A stretch of DNA of 64,000 nucleotides from Chlorokybus atmophyticus (GCA_009103225.1 RHPI01001559.1:128274-192273); one strand, 5' to 3'; positions 15,830 through 28,139 are shown, counted from the first letter of the stretch. The notes: a model not told the origin generated them from the letters alone. Translations and numbers: made by a program.

Positions 15830-18800
15830 ACATGTTGAACGATAGTAGGAGTTACATACGTTGGACTAACAAGCAACTCAGCTGTTGAGCGATAAAATCA
15901 GCACGCACAGGCGACGACACGTGCGAAACCAGTCGAGAAGTTGCTGCACAGGACAGACATTTTGGCATGTGGGGTGTCTCCCCTCGAGCATGTGTCGTAC
16001 ATCCCCTTTGTTGATAGTGAGGCTGGCAGGAAGGCATGGCAGCGTTGGGCACAAGAGCGTGAAAAGTTTAAATTCAAGTTTGGGGAACAAAGTCACCTAA
16101 AGGTTTGTCACCTGATGGTGTGCCACGCTCACGCAATTCATTTCATCGTGCACGCATGGCTATTTGCGACCGTGCAATCACTTTTTGACCACCACGTTCA
16201 CTTGCTTTGCCTGTGCATTGGCACCGTGGCATAGACAGCGTGCATTTGGTTATCGTAACTACAACCGGTGCATTTTGCACTTGGCTAACCTCATGCAAGC
16301 CCGTAAGTTTCTCTACTAAATGCTGTTTGCATACCAGCCCAAATACTTGCTGCGTATGCTAACCGTGTTGAATAATTCAGCTCCCGCAGACTTGGTTATT
16401 CTACCACGTCTTCATCCTGATCTGCTGGGTGTGTTGAAGAGAGCGCTTGCAAACCACCCCAAAACCTAACCTAAGACAAAAAGACGCATGTTTGTGACTT
16501 GCAAGTTTCTAAACCCCATGGCTGATTTTAAGTTGTTGAACTTGCAGCAGATCCTCACAGCACCAGCAGTGCCAGATGCCATCCCACCGCAACTGCGCAG
16601 CTCCTGCTGTGATCCGCTCTTAGTTTGGATGTATAACCGAACACTTAGGCAAGGCTTCATTTACAGAACCTCCATGGCCCATGTTACAATTTGGGATACT
16701 TTGTGACAGACTTCACTCATGGTAACGTCTTTTGCTACCATAGCCTAATGGTCGGAGCCCAATCGTTAGAGAGTGACATGTTACAATGGTATTGGAGCAT
16801 GACAATGTTCAACTCCCGTAGGGGACTGCCAGTGAGGCAGATTATAGGGCAAAACATTTTGGGCGGCTTATCCTAGGCTGGGCGCAGGTTCGCAACCTGC
16901 GCCCCAAGCCAGTTTTACCTATAGCCGCGTGAGAGCGGTCGCGCCATGAGAATGGCCGCTGCAGTTTGGTCGGTTATGACCATTTGTAGGCCGGATCAAA
17001 AAGGCCGCCGACGGACCGGTCGTGGTATAGCCGTGACCACGGCGATATGGGCTAGTAAGTGCCTCATTGGATAATTGGGAACACGTGGGTTAAATTGGGG
17101 AGGAATGTCACGATGTGGCATAGATTGTGACAGACCTCACTCATGGTAGCGTCTTGTGCTACCACAGCCTAGTGGTCAGAGCCCACTTGTTACAGCCATG
17201 TCAACAACAAATGCGCAGCAACAACATCTGCTGGACAACCCATGCTCATGCCAATCGCCTCCATTAGTGCAGTTCATGCATGCTCAGTTGCTGCATGTCA
17301 AGTCTTGTAATCTAGCATTTGTGGAGACACTCACATTGCAGCAACTACTGCAATGTGGGGTTAAATTTAGACCCGTTAGTGTTGCAACAATCAATGCTTG
17401 CCTAGCGGCTTTACCTGAAGCTGGTGTTGGCTTCTTCAATGGCCTGCGCATAAGCATCTACGCATGCAGGCGTAGATGCTTATGCGCAGGCCATTAAAGA
17501 AGCCAAGCACTAGCCTGGTCTACTGCGTGGGTAACCGAGGTTCGAAGGTTACTGTCGGAGCAGGTGCAATCCGTACAGCCAGCACCACCAGAGCTGCAGC
17601 TGGGGACAGGTTATCATGCCATCATGCGCCATCTGCAGCAAGCTTTTATAATAACTAAGACGGACAAGGCCGCTAACGTGTTTGCATTTGTTTGCAAGCA
17701 TGACTATCTGATTGCCTGTCTTGACAAACGAATTAGCAATTAACACTTACCAACTGCTGTTGGACAATGCGGACACTATTGTGCAGAGACACAAGAACTT
17801 TAACTGGGTGCATGCGTTCGTGTCTGTATGCAAGGGGGCAGCCCAAACTGCCACACCGAGAGTCTACATGACTTTGAAATTGCACAAGACACCTAAGCTG
17901 CGAGTTATTGCCGCAGCACATGTTACCCTTGCTAACCAAAATGATATGTCACTCTGACGTGTCTATTGGTTAATATTGGTATACAACTGTTTGGCACCAA
18001 TCACTGACCAGCTGTGGAAATTTGCTGGCCAGGACCAGCTGGCGAGGCAGTCAGTGGGTGTTGCAAGACTCCTCCGGAGTGTGACGGTTTGTAATGCTGG
18101 CTCATGGCATTCAACACAACTCATACGGCACAACAAAAGCGTGAGCTAGTGCATTTAGCAATGTATGACTTTACGACGCTGTACACAGCCATACATTATA
18201 ATGTGTTGTTGCAGCGTATGCATGCTGTGGTGACAGCTGCATGTGGCCATATGCATCTCATCGTGCCATCACGCTACATATCACTGTACTCAATGGCAAA
18301 GTCAATCACAGGTGGGCAGTGGGCACGGTGAACGTGGCCGAGGGGAGGACCAATTAATCACGCTAAATTTGCTGCGTGTGTTGTTGTCATATGTGCTACG
18401 TAACCCCTGTGTGCGCACTGCATTTGACAGGTTACACAAGCAGGTGATAGGTGTCCCTATAGGCAACAACGCGGAGGCTTCAAGCTAATAAGTTATCTTG
18501 CTAACAACCTGTTGGGCTCCTTTGAGTTGAATTGGCTACGTTTCCTCAAGCCACTTGTAATAAGGCTAGTATTTAAGCAATATGCAGCTGGGATTGCGCG
18601 TTACATTCATGATTTGCTTGTGGCTGCGTTGCCGGACTTTGACAAGGTCATGTACAAGTCAGACGAGGCATTAACAAGTGGCATGTACCCACAGGATATG
18701 CTCACACTCAGCGTGACTGCACAGGGGGTAGAGGTTTTATTGGATATGCTCATTTTTCAAACACACGATGTGGGAGCGTGTACCACGTTATACATCAAGC

Positions 18801-19105
18801 TACGAGAGCCTCAGCTTCAGGGAATTCCAGTGTTACGCGCGCCACACCGGACTTGAAACATTGCACGCAATTGGCATTGCAATGTCAAGATGAATGTGAT
18901 GGTTAGTCAATGCTTGCGGTTTATGAAATTGTGCACATATTGTGGGCATCATGCCCAAGTTTCTTGCAGGAGATGCACAGGTTATTGCAGGGCATGCGGA
19001 ATGTGGTATAAAACAAAAGGGACCTCATCTCCAAGCTTGGAGTGCAGATCTGGACCAGGCCGGGGTATCAGTACAATTGCACGTATCGTAATTTGTTTCA
19101 TTTAA
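15830..19105 (+). mobile_element. Decayed Penelope-like retroelement with N-terminal GIY-YIG-like endonuclease, CxC linker and C-terminal RT (Naiad/Chlamys-type order); multiple stops and frameshifts
   Basis: 'TYVGLT..VER*NQH' (15857-15900); 'KFLNPMADFKLLNLQQIL'; 'PLLVWMYNRTL'; CxC 'NPCSC' (17243-17251); RT motifs 'YMTLKLHKTPKLRVIAA' (about 17864), 'YDFTTLYTAI' (18164), 'QVIGVPIGNNA' (18441), 'RYIHDLL' (18599), 'MYPQDML..LLDMLI..TTLYIK', 'VSQCLRF'. Confidence 0.8.
16682..17194 (+). mobile_element. TRIM (terminal-repeat retrotransposon in miniature), 513 bp, inserted in the PLE
   Basis: LTRs 16682-16785 and 17106-17194 both begin TGT and end TGTTACA, with 54/60 identity over 16701-16760 vs 17125-17184; PBS-like TGGTATTGGAGC at 16787-16798 (10/12 to the tRNA-iMet PBS TGGTATCAGAGC); PPT GGGGAGGAA at 17097-17105; imperfect TSD GCCCA/GCCAT. 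Confidence 0.85.
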
Positions 19106-20650
19106 TTGCGTCGCATGTTTGATTACTCCATGCCTTGAGTAACGAACTGTAAGTCGCCCACAACAGGTAAGTGTGTGTGCTGAGTCGGCAAGGAGCACTC
19201 TGTTTTTTATTTGTGAACGTCACTGCATAAATCTTGCATGACTCAGGCTTAACGCTAATTGGCTACAGGCATTTGTGTAGTGCCCGTTGCACTGCGCAGG
19301 GGGAATAACAGTGGCGACAACATCAGAAGCAAGCAGGGATGCTGGCTTCACTGCATAGTTGTCGTTGTCTTGCTCTGTGGTTGCGCTTATGTCTCACCTC
19401 GAGGTGGGAAGGGAGAGGACAAGAAAGACCTTTCCTGTCCTCTCCCTTCTCCTCTTTTGTGCTGCTCAGGTATACTTGAGCAAAAACCTTCAGCCGACCT
19501 ATCTGACTGCCTGCCTGTCAACATTGCACATAGCCCCAGCCCCGTAGTTTAAGTGTAGGTTGTGCATTTTGGTTGGCCAATTGTTGGGTTTGTGCTGGAT
19601 TTTATTGCTTAAGGTTTGCTTGTGCTTATGCCTCAGCTTCAATCTTATAACCCATGTGTCCAGTGATTTGGTTTCTTTGTGAAAAACACCCGATTTTGAT
19701 GTGTATTACTATCGCTAACAACTACTTATGCTTAGGACATGTTGAACTTATCAGCGGGTTTTTTACGTATATTCCCCCGCATGTTACGTTGTTCGTGAGT
19801 CGGACATTTGACGCATACGATCAATAAAAATTAGCAATAGCATATGAATAAATATGTGAAACCCGTATCGATGCACATAATTTACAATTATGCTGACTGT
19901 TCAATGATACTGTTCCCACAACCGATCACGTTGAGTCGTGCTGACTTTGCGACGCTCGCGTATCATGTTTTATTTATATTATGATATAAACAATAATCAA
20001 GCATTATGCATAGCAATCGTAGTCTCATCAATACAACTTTGGCTTTGAGTTTTAAAACTATTGTTTTTCCATAAGTATTAAGCAATTATTTCATATCATT
20101 TTACGAAAAGCATATCGTATTTGAATGGATGATGTGCACTGTATCTTTATAGAAATTACAGCATTCGGAATGCCAACTTGGTTTCAATCACTTCCAGCAC
20201 CTAGCCGGATGTCGCAATTCGTTGACGAAGTAATGCTTCAATCATTTGCAGTGCAAGATTTGGTTAACCACAGGACTCCTGTGACAGGAAACCTCAGTTC
20301 TTCTAGAACCGCCTGCCGTCGGTTTCGGATTTAGCTGCTCTGACGCCTGTGCGTGCGATCGTAAACTGTTATTTTTAGAACCGCACACGTGACCCTCCAC
20401 GTCGGCAAAGCCAGCGTGCGGCGGAGTGTGCTGAATCGGCACCGACCCATTAAGGCCACATCTCCGATAAACATATTAAGCAGGGTGACCAAATAACCGG
20501 TATCAACGTTGACTACCGGTAGTCACCTCCAATATCGTCATTTGGCACCAGTCTGTGAGTCACTTTTGCGTTGATATCGGCGCGGCTGTCCTGTGTTGTG
20601 CTTGGTTAGGTTGCTTTACCTGCTTCATGCCTTTGTGGTGTGGAGCCGCG

Positions 20651-23600
20651 ATGCAGCAGGCGGCGACGGCGGCGAGGTTGCCGTCGGTGGCGGCGAGGGC
20701 GGCGCCGCATTTGCCTTGCGGGGGGAGTGGGACCTATTCTGGGCGAGGTAGTCGGGATCCGGGCAGGAGTCGGCCTCGGAGCAGCAGAATGGTTGCTGGC
20801 GTTAGTGGCAGCCACTCCTCCTTGTCCTCGTCCTCCACCTCGCCGTCGTCGTTACCGCCGTCTTCCACCTTCTTCCCGACGTCTGCCATCCTTGAACGCA
20901 CAGATCGGCGAGGCAGACGCCGCCATGTGCCGCCGCGAGAAGGAGATCTGCCGCAGGTACTGAGAGTGCTTCCAGCTGGCACATTGAATCCCTAATGCCC
21001 ATAGCCTGCAATGTGGTTTGGTCGTTATCGCTGACAACATCTTTTCTAACAAGCGCTTACCATTACAATAGATCCCGCTTGCTAATGGCACCGAAGACCT
21101 CCCCGATCGCCGCAGCGATATCTCTTCCAGCAATGAAGCCCCGGGCATGTCCGCCAATTGGGTATGAAGGTGTTTGTATGTCTGCATCGCATTCAAAACA
21201 AAAGCAAGACTAGACACATGTGAAGCAGATTTTTGCGTTTTACTGTTGTTACATTGTTATAACTTACAACTTGCAACGTAAGTTACAACTTCTTGCCAAA
21301 ACAATCACACAGGCATACAGCACCAGATGCTTCGCTGTTGAGCTTATACCTTGTTCATGCAGTCACAGGACTCGAGCATGCCTTCTGGTGAGAGAGAGCG
21401 TGTTGATATTGCAGACATTGGCACAGGCGCAGGCGTGATCCGACAAGTTGAAAAGAAAGGGTCAAGGTGGGGGCTGAGCAGTGTGTTGAACAGTGTGCCG
21501 GGCGGCTTCGGTGTTGTCGGTGCAGTGTACTTGGGTTACACCGCCAGTGCACTCGGACGGGGAGCAGCTGGCGTCGCGGGACCCTCCATGCTGCTGGTGC
21601 GTCGACTGTATCTGTGCATGGGACTGTAACTCAGACATGCGCAATGCGGCGACAGAATTTGTGTTTGTGCGTTTGGTGTTGAACTAACAGTTTCACTGCT
21701 ATGTGCCACACAGGACGCTGCTCTGGCTTTGCATAGATCCGATATTGGCCTCATCTTTGCTGCAGGCGAATTCGCCGGCTTGCTTGGTATGCATGCACAT
21801 ATATATGCTATCACGATGTTCCCCAATACGATGGTTGTCATCTGCTTTGTGTTGATTTGTGTTGATCACGTTTCTTCTTGGAAACACAGGCAAAGTTTTG
21901 ACTGGGTTTGTTACGGATGCTTTGGGCGGCCGAGCGGTGTTTCTGGGCTCGATGGCGGTATCGGCGACAGCATGCGCGTCGCTTCCGATTGTTGCCACGC
22001 GGCTGGTCGGGTCCGCTCACATTGCGCCCAAGTACGTGCTGGCGGCCTTCTGGATGGCTTCCAAATTTGCGCAGAGCGCTCTGTGGCCCTCGATGACGAA
22101 GCTTGTCCACGAGAATGTCAAGGTGAGTACGTGGATGCAATAGGAAGCGCAAGTGCCAAAGCTGATTACCATTGGGTTGTTCCTATAGGAATGCCATCAC
22201 GGCAAGTGTTGGGGTCTTTTGTCAACGGCATCAGAGGTCGGGGCCGTGGCTGCCTCGATGGGGTTGGCAGCTTTGTTGCAGCGTGCGGGCTGGCAGGTAC
22301 TTCCTGATAACTTGCGCAAAACTTTGTTCTGCAAGGCATAGCCTGTTTGTATGATTGATTGGATGGTAGTTGATGTACGACAATGTGGACACAACTCACT
22401 ACCTGTGCATCTTCGCGTGCTCGCAGGGCGTGTTCTCGGGCGCAGCAACCGTGATGGCGGTCGTGACAACGTCGCTACTGTTCTTGTTGCAGCGCACGTC
22501 CGAGCAGCAAAGTGTCGGCGGTGCTGGCGCGGCAAGCGCGTGCGTGAAGCAGGGGGATGCGGTGGGAGGTCCCGCCGCGCAACACCCTCTGGCGGACGCC
22601 AGCTGGCGCGAGGCGATGCGCTACTTCTCCCGCAGCAGCAAGTTCTGGAACTGCCTTCTGGGAGTGGCCTGCCTGCAGCCCATCCTGGAGCTGGTCACCA
22701 TCGCCCCGCTCTACCTGGTGGACTCCCACGGCATCACCCCCGTACGTGCCGCCGAGCTCGTCGCCTTCATCCCCTTCGCCGCCGCTATCGCACTCTTCTC
22801 TGGCGGATTTGCATACGATAAGCTCACGCAGCGACAGCGCGCCGCAAGCATGTCCGCACTCCTCGCTGCTGCCGCCGCATTGCTCGTATCCGTTCTGGCG
22901 CTGCCCATGCTGGGTGGCCCTGCAATGCAGACAACGATGACAGGCAAGCACACATTGAGTACATGTCGTTGTCGCGGACAACACGCCAGCCAACATGTTG
23001 GAATAACTGTTGCCTTGCGTGCAGTGTTGAGGTTGTCGCTGGTGTCGCTGTGCGTTAGCGTGCCGTACTACATGCCGTCCGCGGTGTTCAGCACCAAGTT
23101 TGGCGGCAGCAAGTATTGCGGCACCGTCTCTGCGCTGCTTGATTCAGCAGGATTCGCTACATCGATGGCCCTGCTTGGTAAGCAGCTGCTTGCTCCATGG
23201 ATGTTTTGCTTGTTTCAACCGCATTCATACTCGATTTATCTTGTGAGTCCCATGAGCCTGTTATGTCCAGCACATCTGGATATGTGACAGGACTGTTCGT
23301 GTTGTGTGTACAACAGGTGGGTGCGGTTGGTTGGCTGAGACAAGGGGTTGGAGTTGGGTGATGGGTTGCATGGCGGCGTTGACGTTTGCGGGTTTCTTGT
23401 TCATGGGGAGGTACTTGTGGTCCGAGGTGACCCCCGATGCAATTGCCGCTCCTGAAAGCAAGGACAAAGTGACGTGCAACTGTGCCGAGGGAGCCAATGT
23501 TGTTGGCGCTGTTGCGGAAGCCGTTGAGGAAGAGGGCATTGTTTTTGAGGGAAGTGTTGCCGAGCGTTTGACGTTGAGTGATGCTTTGCGCAAGCGGCGG

Positions 23601-23714
23601 CGAATTTTGGAGTTAAACGATTACGAGACCTCGGACCTAGGATACACGCGCATGGAGTTCGAAAGGTTGTACGCGGACAATGCAGCGGCCGCGAACGATG
23701 CTGTGGCGTCGTAG
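20651..23714 (+). CDS. MFS transporter, organophosphate:Pi antiporter-like (UhpC/GlpT/SLC37), with Ser/Arg/Ala-rich transit-peptide-like N-terminus
   Basis: MFS motif A 'GKVLTGFVTDALGGR'; 'KFAQSALWPSMTKLV'; 'WGLLSTASEVG'; second bundle 'GGFAYDKL', 'PYYMPSAVFSTKFGG', 'GWSWVMGCMA'; stop TAG at 23712-23714. The first exon (20651 to about 20956) is inferred. Confidence 0.75.
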
Positions 23715-23842
23715 CAGCGGCCACACGTCCCAGCAGCCCAACCATAATAATGAGCGGAGCTGCGGCTGTCTCTTTCAAGCGGCTGTGAAGTGGTGGATAT
23801 GCAGCCGAAACTGGTAAGAGTTGCGCGAAGCTTGTAGTCTGG

Positions 23843-26800
23843 CTAGCATTTACACTCCTGCATTGAGCGGTGTGTGATTGAGGGTTGCATGTGGCCACAG
23901 GGCTGTAGGGAAGAAGATTGCGATGAGAAGCAGCACCGTCCTGATAGGATCCTGCGCATGACCACATCCAATGACGCCTTGGAGGTTGTCCCGTTTTGCG
24001 CGACCAGCAACAACTTATCAATCCCGTGCAATGGTGCGCACTCAGTCGCACTGTTGTCAGTGTTGGGTTCTGTGCAGAACGCTGCTGGTGCTTGCATTGA
24101 CGTGCACAGGCATGCACGCAGGCCAGACGTGTACACTGTAATGGGAAGTGAATATTCACACGCCATAATCTCAAGTATACCAGCAAGGAATGTACATGTT
24201 TGTCTTACTATGTGTACATGTAGACCAAACCTACTGCCACAGTTGTTGGGAACATATTCGACCCGTGGTGAATGTGTGAACTACAAACACAGTAAAGTGA
24301 TACCGTAGTGAGCAGCACTAAGTGATCACTGCCATGTCCCCATCTATTTGCAAAACATGCAGTTGCTGTATATGCACAACAGTGCACAAGACACGCACAG
24401 CAAGTGTCCCATGCGACCATGACCACCGCAACCTGATGCACATTGAGGCATATTGTAGTATGAGGCATCATACATCGAGCGCATGTGAAAGCCACTGTTC
24501 ATTACACGAAGAACGTCAACCCGAGCAGGTAGCTCAATGTCCAAAAACTGACACATGTGACAAGTAAGCAACTTTACCAGCACACCTGCGGTCATCCTCG
24601 CGGTTGTCACCAGGCTCTCTCGAGAGAGGAGCAAATGCCTTGCCCCTAAGCATGTTATGTCATTACCTGCTGCCTGCAACCAGATGTTTAAGTTTAACAC
24701 ACAAACGAAGCTTCAAACGACATTCGGCAACGACCAGGGGCATACATGCAGCATACCTGTACCATGTACATCCTGAGCCAGAAGCCACAGCAGTGCTGCT
24801 CAATGTTGTTGCCAAGATGATTAGCCAAGCGCTTGGTATTGAGTGCACCAGATCTGTAACTCGCCCAATTCGCTGCAAATTTCAATTGCATTGTTACGCT
24901 GCCACATCAGGAAACCGCATCTCTGTCATCATCTTCCAGCAATGCGTCAATTCTGTTCAGTTGGAAGCTGCTCTGGCTCGAACCGCCGTTCATCTCTGCG
25001 TAGATGTCTGAAGACGTGGGTGACAGGTGCTGCAGAGACATCTTGAACTCCTTCAGCAGCCTTGGGAAGTCCTCCATGGTTATAAACAAGTCCTGTACAC
25101 GCAGAGTCAGCGCGCGCATGTTATGGCTGCATTGGGAGCGCGCATTAGCTAGCAAGTGTCATCATACGCACTTGTCTGGAAATGACCAGAAGTCTGCACT
25201 CTGTTGCAGCACGCGCGGAGATGACTGATGGGCCATCTCCGAATCGCGCAGTACGTAGCTGCTGATGAAACGGCTTGGAAGGGTCGCACTTCATTGCAGC
25301 GCTGTACACACATCAACAACATCAATACAGCAGTTACAGCAACCTGAAGCCAGTGAATGGCATGCTGGATCAGGCAACAAGAACCTTTTCATAGCATATA
25401 GATTGAGTATGGCTCCAGTCGAAGCATCCCAACGCACGCCTTCCTCGTCATCAGACTCGGATTCGCCATCGCTGTCCGCGCCAGCAGACCAGAACCCAAC
25501 CTGAGACACAGCATCATGGAAGGAAACATTAGACCATGACTTGCTCGCAGCATCAACGCAATGTGTTTGCATATGACTCGTCCTGAGGGCACATACCTGA
25601 TTTGCAGAAGCCTTTCGAGAGTGAGCACCACTGGAGCTGCTGCTTGAACTGCTTTTGCCTCGAGACCCAGACGCTACGCTTCCCTCCTAAACATGCACGC
25701 CGAATGCTTGCATATGGGGCTCTTTGCAACATTGCATGGCTTCGGTTGTAGCAGAAGGCTTCTTACCTGGACATGACTATGCGTAGCTTCTTTGTTCGAG
25801 CAGGACAGCTCCATGATGCCGCTCTGGATGACGTAGATGAAATGCATCCCGCGCATCTCGCCCTCATGGAGCACGTACAAACCAACAGGCAGCACACGCA
25901 CACTCGCACGTGCCAGCAAGGCCGTCACAAATGCGGTGTCGTGCGGCAGTATGGGGCTGACAACAAGAAATGTTGTAAAGGGTTGACAACCTTTCACAAA
26001 AGCAAGTAGTCTGACGAAGGCAAGCAGTGGTTCTACCTGGGCTTGACATTGCGTAGCCACCACTGTATGAGCAGTTCATTCTTCAGGTGATCCTGATGGC
26101 ATGGGCAATGGGGTGAGAAGTGCATTAACTCACACAATCAATCAGAATCATCTGAACGAAGCTGTCAGTACGTAACCCAATTCTTACCGGCATCGAGTTC
26201 TGCAGATCGTAATCGGTGAACTTGCCCAGCTGGGACTTCCAAGCTTGACTGAAGACAGTCACCTGCGGCGAGTCATGTTACACCTTCGTTATGCATGACA
26301 CATCATCAAGCACATGCTCGGCTACGACATGCACGTTCAGGTTCAGGCTGTCTCACCATGCGCCTCGCCAGCCACTCGGGTATCTTCTCGCGTTCTATGT
26401 ACCTGAGGAGCGGAGCGCATCATGAGTGGCCGTACACCACCATTGAGCCAAGCGGGGATAACAATGGAGCTACTTGCTTGTACAGAGTGAGCATGCGGTC
26501 GCGAAGCTGGTCGTGCTTGCGGCTCCGGTTGTAAAGCAGTGAAGTAATCGTACCAATGACGTAACCAAGCACCAATGCCCCAAGGAATATCTGTATCGTC
26601 ACATACACCCTCTCCACAAGCAAGTTGCTTGCCGAAATGTCGCCATATCCTACCTAAGCACAGAAGCAACATCAGCAACATCAGCAACATCATGAGCACA
26701 TACTGTATGGACCATAGCAGGAGCAGGCAACGGCATGCACTTACTGAGGCGAATGTCACAACAGCAAAGTAAAGGGCCATGATGTACTGCCTCACGAGAT

Positions 26801-28139
26801 CCGCATCGATAACTGCGACCTCGTTGCCATCGGCGGCGATGACGGTGTACTTCTCCACCCACCTGTCGGAATGTGATTCATTGCGCCCAAGCAGGAAGAA
26901 CAGGCAGGCTGTCACGTGGCAGAACAGGATAGTCTGCAGCATAAGAGGCAATCAGGGCGAGCGATAGCGACAAGCATGAATATTTCGTGAATATACAACC
27001 ATGTTTGTTGAACCATGCATGAGTCTCACCCAGAAGAGGACTAGCAGCATGTCGGTGATGTCTCTGATGACCTCGCTGCTGAGGCCGCTTGTGACGTGAC
27101 CGCGGAAGAAGCGCACCATGCGCAGCATCTTGAACACTCTGAAAAGCTTCGCAAGAGAACAACAGAATATGGGTCTCATCATGATCGCATGCATGCATTG
27201 CAGTTGGCATCAACTCACCATGAATACGCGAAGAAATCGGAGGAGGTCAAACCACGACGCAGTCTGATACTTAGCAAGATAGAACCAATTCGTCGGCAGA
27301 GCGGCAAGAATGTCCGGCACGAGCCACGTCCGGATGTAGTGCCTGGCAATCTTCCTGCCATTCATAATCTTGCGGTGGCCGAACCACGACTTGGAAGCAT
27401 GGAAATAGCCGGTGCGAAAGTTCAAGAGCACGTCAACGAGCAGCCACGTATCGATGACCAGCTGCACAACAAGGAAACCGCCCGAGGGGGACACGTTGAA
27501 GCAGAAGCGGATTGGGAGGTCGAAGCAGGAGTACACAATGAATGTCGTCACGACAGCCATCTCAGCCAGATGGAATCGGGATATCGGGTCAATGACGGGT
27601 ATGGGGCACCAGCCTTTATTCTTTTTCTTTGGGTTGGGCGGGACAATTGTGTGATCTGCACGGCCATAGCGGAGGTTGTGGCTGACATGCTTGAAGGCCT
27701 TCAACACGCTCCGCCTGCGGCTAGGCTTATCAATGGCAGGCATGGAAGAGATGCTGGTTTTTCTTCGTGACCAGACTCCAGTGACTGCACGAAGCAGCTT
27801 GCTGCTTTTGCGGGGGCTTTCCTCTCCGCCCCTGCTGACACCATTGCCTTGGACTAAATGACCAGTGCTGAAGTCCTCTAGTATTGTGTCCATCTGAGCT
27901 GTGGACAACTTTGGAGTCCCTGATTGGACTCCATTGACAGGCAAGCCAGGCATCATCACGCCATCGAGCGTGTAATCCCATCTTCGGCGCACACGATAAG
28001 CGCGATATGCTGCCTGAATCTTTATCGCTTGCTGCTCTTTGAACTTGAGACTGTACTGCCGCTCTATGCTACTGCTCTTTGCTTTGCGCTCTGCTGCTGC
28101 TGCCAGCTCTAATGTGATCTCCTCAGGGTGGCTGGCCAT
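23843..28139 (-). CDS. Voltage-gated K+ channel with cyclic-nucleotide-binding-like domain (6TM; EAG/HCN/plant Shaker-like superfamily) and N-terminal IQ motif; 3' exons uncertain
   Basis: S1-S4 'FIVYSCFDLPIRFCF...DVLLNFRTGYF...IARHYIRTWLVPDILAALP...LRFLRVF..LFRVFKMLRMVR'; pore 'ALYFAVVTFASVGYGDI'; S6 'LGALVLGYVIGTITSLL'; CNBD-like 'YVLHEGEMRGMHFIYVIQSG'. Confidence 0.85.

Noticed and set aside
17030-17056. Helitron-like 3' end (hairpin followed by CTAG|T)
   Set aside because: It lies inside a segment fully explained by TRIM hallmarks, and no convincing 5' TC end is independent of it.
16661-17195. TTACAG as a 6-bp target-site duplication
   Set aside because: The right copy overlaps the LTR end (TGTTACA); the LTR/PBS/PPT model with GCCAT restores the frame better.
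27096-27770. 224-aa plus-strand ORF
   Set aside because: Antisense shadow of the K+ channel's first exon.
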